46,084 nucleotides of DNA from Myxococcales bacterium (GTDB lineage Bacteria > Myxococcota > Myxococcia > Myxococcales > Anaeromyxobacteraceae): the NCBI GenBank assembly GCA_038320275.1, contig JBBQEB010000010.1, positions 1 through 46,084 on the forward strand, read 5' to 3'. Every line of letters begins with the position of its first letter. Positions within the stretch are counted from its first letter, which is position 1. Position numbers and translations under genes: made by a program. This document shows, one piece after another, positions 42,552 to 46,084 of this stretch. A model generated the notes under the pieces. The model was not told where the DNA came from, made no database searches, and worked only from the letters and a program-made list of their open reading frames with translations.

Positions 42552-43278
42552 GCTCCCGGCGGAAGCTCGCCCCGCCGGCGCGCCCCGCCAGTTCCCGCAC
42601 CTCGCGCTGGAGTCGCGCGAGCCCTTCCGGACCCAGCGCCGGCCCCGCGTAGGAGAAGGAGGCGACCACCGCCTCCAGCGCGCCCGGGTCGAGGAACGCC
42701 TGCTGGACGAAGGGCTCAGCGCACCGTGGCGCCCCGCCGGTCGCGAGCGCGAGGAGCTGTCTCGTGCGGTCGGCCGTCCGAGGACGGGCCTTCGGGTTTG
42801 CGCCGGCCAGGAGCTCCGCCAGCCCGCGCATGAAGGGCGTCGCCGCGAAGCGCGCCTCCACCACGGCCGCCACGCCCTCCGGTTCGAGGAGCCGCGCCAG
42901 CTCGGCGCCGGCGCGCTGCGGGTCCACCCAGTGCACCGCATCGGCGAGGGTGACCAGCCCGTAGGTCGAAGGTGCCAGCCCGGTGGCCTCCGCCGCCGCG
43001 TGCACCGTCACCACCCTCGCCTCGCCCCGGCGCTCCTCCAGCACGTCGAGCATGGCGCGAGCGGGCTCGGCGGCGTCCACCTGGAGCCCCCGCCGCGCGA
43101 GCGGCAGGGCGAGGTCGCCCGTGCCTGCGGCGAGGTCCGCCACCCGTCCCCCGCGGGCGAGCTCCGCCAGCCGGTCGACCAGCGCGGCGGGGTAGGGCGG
43201 TCTCTCGCGGTAGGCGCCGGCGAGCCGGTTGAAGACCCAGCGGCGCTCATCGTGGAGCGGGACGGAGCGGCGGCCCAC
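42511..43278 (-). CDS. Class I SAM-dependent methyltransferase
   Basis: YRERPPYP, ADLAAGTG, EP..AM, AEATGL, AVHW; 3' end overlaps the convergent GNAT gene by 41 bp. Confidence 0.85.
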   Translation of the reverse strand: MGRRSVPLHDERRWVFNRLAGAYRERPPYPAALVDRLAELARGGRVADLAAGTGDLALPLARRGLQVDAAEPARAMLDVLEERRGEARVVTVHAAAEATGLAPSTYGLVTLADAVHWVDPQRAGAELARLLEPEGVAAVVEARFAATPFMRGLAELLAGANPKARPRTADRTRQLLALATGGAPRCAEPFVQQAFLDPGALEAVVASFSYAGPALGPEGLARLQREVRELAGRAGGASFRRELTLRWSRRRAGRP

Positions 43279-43346
43279 CGGCGCAATGTAGTACTCCCCG
43301 CCGCGTGCGGCGGGAGGGGGGCCGGGCCGCTACACTCCGCGCCCAC

Positions 43347-44324
43347 ATGCCGTCCGACCCGGTCGTCTCCATCCGAGGGCTGAAGAAGCGCTACGGCACC
43401 TTCGAGGCCGTCGCCGGGATCGACCTCGACGTCGAACGCGGCGAGATCTTCGCGCTGCTGGGGCCGAACGGCGCCGGAAAGACGACCCTCATCTCGATCG
43501 TGGCCGGCCTCGCGCGCGCGACCGAAGGCGACGTGCGGGTGCTGGGGCGCGACGTCGTGACCGACTATCAATTCACACGCCGTGCGGTGGGCCTCGTGCC
43601 GCAGGAGCTCAACTTCGACCCGTTCTTCACCGTCGAGGAGTCGCTCCGCATCCAGGCGGGCTACTTCGACGTGGTGCTGTCCGAGGAACGCCTGGTCGAG
43701 ATCCTCACCGCCCTCGACCTCGCCGGGAAGCGCAAGGCCAACACGCGGACGCTCTCCGGCGGCATGAAGCGGCGCCTCCTCATCGGCAAGGCCCTGGTGC
43801 ACGAGCCCCCGGTGCTCTTCCTCGACGAGCCCACCGCCGGCGTGGACGTGGAGCTGCGGCAGGCGCTCTGGCGCTACGTCCGGCTCCTGCGCGAGCGAGG
43901 CACCACCATCGTGCTCACCACGCACTACCTCGAGGAGGCGGAAGAGCTCGCCGATCGGGTGGGCGTCATCGACCGCGGGCGGCTGCTGGTGGTGGACGAG
44001 ACGCGCGCGCTTCTCCGCCGCCACGCCGGCAAGACGCTGCGGGCGACGCTCGCGTCGCCCATCTCCACCCTCCCCACCGCGCTCGCCGCCCTCGACGCGC
44101 GGCTGGAGGCGGGGGGCAGCACGGTGTCGGTCACCGCCGCGCCCGGCACGTCCTTCGGCCCAGCGCTGGCGGCGTTCGCGGCGGCGGGTCTGGCGGTGCA
44201 GGACGTAGAGACCGAGCGCATGCGGCTCGAGGACGTCTTCGTGAACCTCGTGCGGGGCGAGCGCGACGGCGCCGTGGACGGCAGCGTGGAGCGCGGCCTC
44301 GACGCGGGGGAGCGCCGCGTATGA
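43347..44324 (+). CDS. ABC transporter ATP-binding protein (YadG-like)
   Basis: GPNGAGKT, LSGGMKRR, LDEPT, TTHY. Confidence 0.95.
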   Translation: MPSDPVVSIRGLKKRYGTFEAVAGIDLDVERGEIFALLGPNGAGKTTLISIVAGLARATEGDVRVLGRDVVTDYQFTRRAVGLVPQELNFDPFFTVEESLRIQAGYFDVVLSEERLVEILTALDLAGKRKANTRTLSGGMKRRLLIGKALVHEPPVLFLDEPTAGVDVELRQALWRYVRLLRERGTTIVLTTHYLEEAEELADRVGVIDRGRLLVVDETRALLRRHAGKTLRATLASPISTLPTALAALDARLEAGGSTVSVTAAPGTSFGPALAAFAAAGLAVQDVETERMRLEDVFVNLVRGERDGAVDGSVERGLDAGERRV

Positions 44325-45082
44325 TGGGGCTCGGGGTCCGCACGCTGCTGGTCAAGGAGGTGCGCCGGTTCCTGCGCGTGCCGGGGCAGACGCTCCTCTC
44401 GCCGGTGATCACGACCACCCTCTACTTCGTGGTGTTCGGCTTCTCGCTGGGCGCGCAGCTCCGCGAGGTCGACGGGGTGCCGTACGCCCGCTTCATCGTG
44501 CCCGGCCTGGTCACGCTGGGCGTCGTCACCAACTCCTTCCTGAACAGCGCTTCCTCCATGTTCGTCATGAAGCTGCAGGGGACCATCACCGACCTCCTCG
44601 TGTCGCCCCTCGCCTACGGCGAGGTCCTGGCCGGCTTCGTCGGAGCCGCCACCATCCGGGGGCTCATGGTGGGCGGCGTCATGTGGATGGTGGCGGGGAC
44701 GTTCACCGGCTTCCACGTGGCGCATCCCCTGCTCCTGGTCCTTCTCCTCGCCCTGGTGGCGGTCTCGTTCTCCGCGCTCGGCTTCATGACGGCGGTCTGG
44801 GCGGATTCGTTCGAGCAGATCAACTTCTTCCCGACCTTCATCATCACGCCCCTGACCTTCCTGGGCGGAGTCTTCTACTCCGCGCGCACGCTGCCCCCCG
44901 GCCTTCGCCACTTCACCTTCGCCAACCCGATCTTCTACATGGTGGACGGGGTCCGCTTCGCCATGCTGGGCCGCTCCGATGGCCCGCCGCTCCTGGGCCT
45001 CGGGCTGCTGCTCGCGCTGTGCCTGACTGCGCTGGCGACCTGCTATGCCATGCTCCGGAGCGGCTACAAGCTCCGCGCGTGA
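44321..45082 (+). CDS. ABC-2 permease (YadH-like)
   Basis: KEVRRF, FIVPG, PLTFLGGVFYS, NPIFY, GYKLR; ATGA overlap. Confidence 0.93.
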   Translation: MMGLGVRTLLVKEVRRFLRVPGQTLLSPVITTTLYFVVFGFSLGAQLREVDGVPYARFIVPGLVTLGVVTNSFLNSASSMFVMKLQGTITDLLVSPLAYGEVLAGFVGAATIRGLMVGGVMWMVAGTFTGFHVAHPLLLVLLLALVAVSFSALGFMTAVWADSFEQINFFPTFIITPLTFLGGVFYSARTLPPGLRHFTFANPIFYMVDGVRFAMLGRSDGPPLLGLGLLLALCLTALATCYAMLRSGYKLRA

Positions 45083-45195
45083 GCGGGTCGGGGGCGCGCT
45101 CCGCCCGGATCGACGCCCCGGAACATTTCTTTCGCCCGCGCGTTATGGTACGCGCTCCAACCGTCCCAGGAAGCTCGTTCCGGAGGAACCCCATC

Positions 45196-46068
45196 ATGCG
45201 CCGTGCGCTGGCCCTCGCCGTCCTCACGCTCTCCCTCGCAGCCTGCTCCAAGCCCGAGGCCCCGAAGCCCGCCGCGAGCTCGCCGGCTCAGGGTGAGGGT
45301 GCCCCCGGAGCCGCGAGCGGCGCCGCGAAGCCCGTCCTCGCGGGCAAGGTGGTCGAGAAGATCGACGTGTCGCAGTACACGTATCTCAAGCTCGCCACCG
45401 CCTCCGGAGACGTCTGGACCGCGGTCGCGAAGACGGCCGACAAGAAGGTGGGCGACCAGGTGAACGTCGCCAATGCCTTCCCGATGCAGAACTTCGAGTC
45501 GAAGGAGCTGAACCGGAAGTTCGACGTCATCTACTTCGGTGCCATCGCCGGAGCGGGCGGCCCGGCCGGCGCGACGGCGGGTGGCGCGGCCAGCGGCGGT
45601 CAGGCCATGGGCGGGACCGGCGCCATGGGCGGAAACGGCGCGATGGGAGGGAACGGCGCCATCGGCGGGATGCCGCCTGCCGGCGAGCCCACCCAGGCCC
45701 AGATGGCTGCACAGCACCAGGCGGTCGCGAACGGCCCCGACGTGAAGGTGGGGAAGGTCCCGAAGGCGAGTGGAGCCAACGCCCGCACGGTCGAGGAGAT
45801 CTGGAACGACCGCCAGAAGCTCAGCGGCCATAGCGTCGCCGTTCGTGGGCAGGTGGTGAAGTTCACCCCCGTCATGGGCAAGAACTTCCTGCACCTCCGC
45901 GACGGGTCTGGCGCGGCCGGCAAGACCAACGACGTCACCGTCACCACGCAGGACCCGGTGGCCGTGGGCGACGTCGTCACCGTCACCGGCAAGGTGGTGG
46001 TCGACAAGGATTTCGGCGCCGGCTACGCCTACCCGGTCATGGTCGACGAGGCGAAGGTCACGAAGTAG
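45196..46068 (+). CDS. Lipoprotein with two OB-fold-like domains separated by a Gly/Met linker
   Basis: LAAC lipobox; GKVVE..YTYL..W.AV domain; VRGQVVK..MGKNFLHLRDGSG..KDFGAGYAY domain; GGAGG RBS. Confidence 0.82.
   Translation: MRRALALAVLTLSLAACSKPEAPKPAASSPAQGEGAPGAASGAAKPVLAGKVVEKIDVSQYTYLKLATASGDVWTAVAKTADKKVGDQVNVANAFPMQNFESKELNRKFDVIYFGAIAGAGGPAGATAGGAASGGQAMGGTGAMGGNGAMGGNGAIGGMPPAGEPTQAQMAAQHQAVANGPDVKVGKVPKASGANARTVEEIWNDRQKLSGHSVAVRGQVVKFTPVMGKNFLHLRDGSGAAGKTNDVTVTTQDPVAVGDVVTVTGKVVVDKDFGAGYAYPVMVDEAKVTK
45604..45669 (+). repeat. 18-bp coding tandem repeat (AMGGxG, about 3.7 copies)
   Basis: gccatgggcgggaccggc / gccatgggcggaaacggc / gcgatgggagggaacggc / gccatcggcggg. Confidence 0.8.
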
Positions 46069-46084
46069 CCCGGTGACGCTGGAG

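Overview
Very GC-rich bacterial DNA, most consistent with a Myxococcota genome close to Anaeromyxobacter (inferred from protein and gene-order recognition; no database search was run). About 40 intact genes. The left third (1-15.3 kb) is an accessory metabolic patchwork: acyl-CoA synthetase, ilvE, dienelactone hydrolase, His-tailed EamA, an SSADH-like aldehyde dehydrogenase, acyl-CoA dehydrogenase, aldo/keto reductase and acetyltransferase, interleaved with several deletion-scarred gene remnants. The right half is largely housekeeping: recN, PP2C phosphatase, M23 peptidase, secA, fadE-like, apt, LysM/M23, surE, PfpI, GDPD and an ABC transporter. The most interesting part is 15.3-26.9 kb. (1) Two ORF-track fragments join through an in-frame UGA into a lipoprotein with an SPT-U-GM-C (UxxC) motif; the UGA is followed 11 nt later by a 17-nt SECIS-like hairpin, i.e. 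a hidden selenoprotein. (2) An addB-addA helicase-nuclease pair is followed directly by a pafB/pafC-like WYL regulator pair and is divergent from recN. recN is preceded by TGTCGG-N10-CATACT, the geometry of the actinobacterial PafBC (RecA-NDp) promoter, suggesting a LexA-independent DNA-damage module outside Actinobacteria. In addition, many genes carry a TAnnnT-type hexamer 6-8 nt before the start codon with no SD, suggesting widespread leaderless mRNAs. No rRNA, tRNA, CRISPR array or intact mobile element was recognised.
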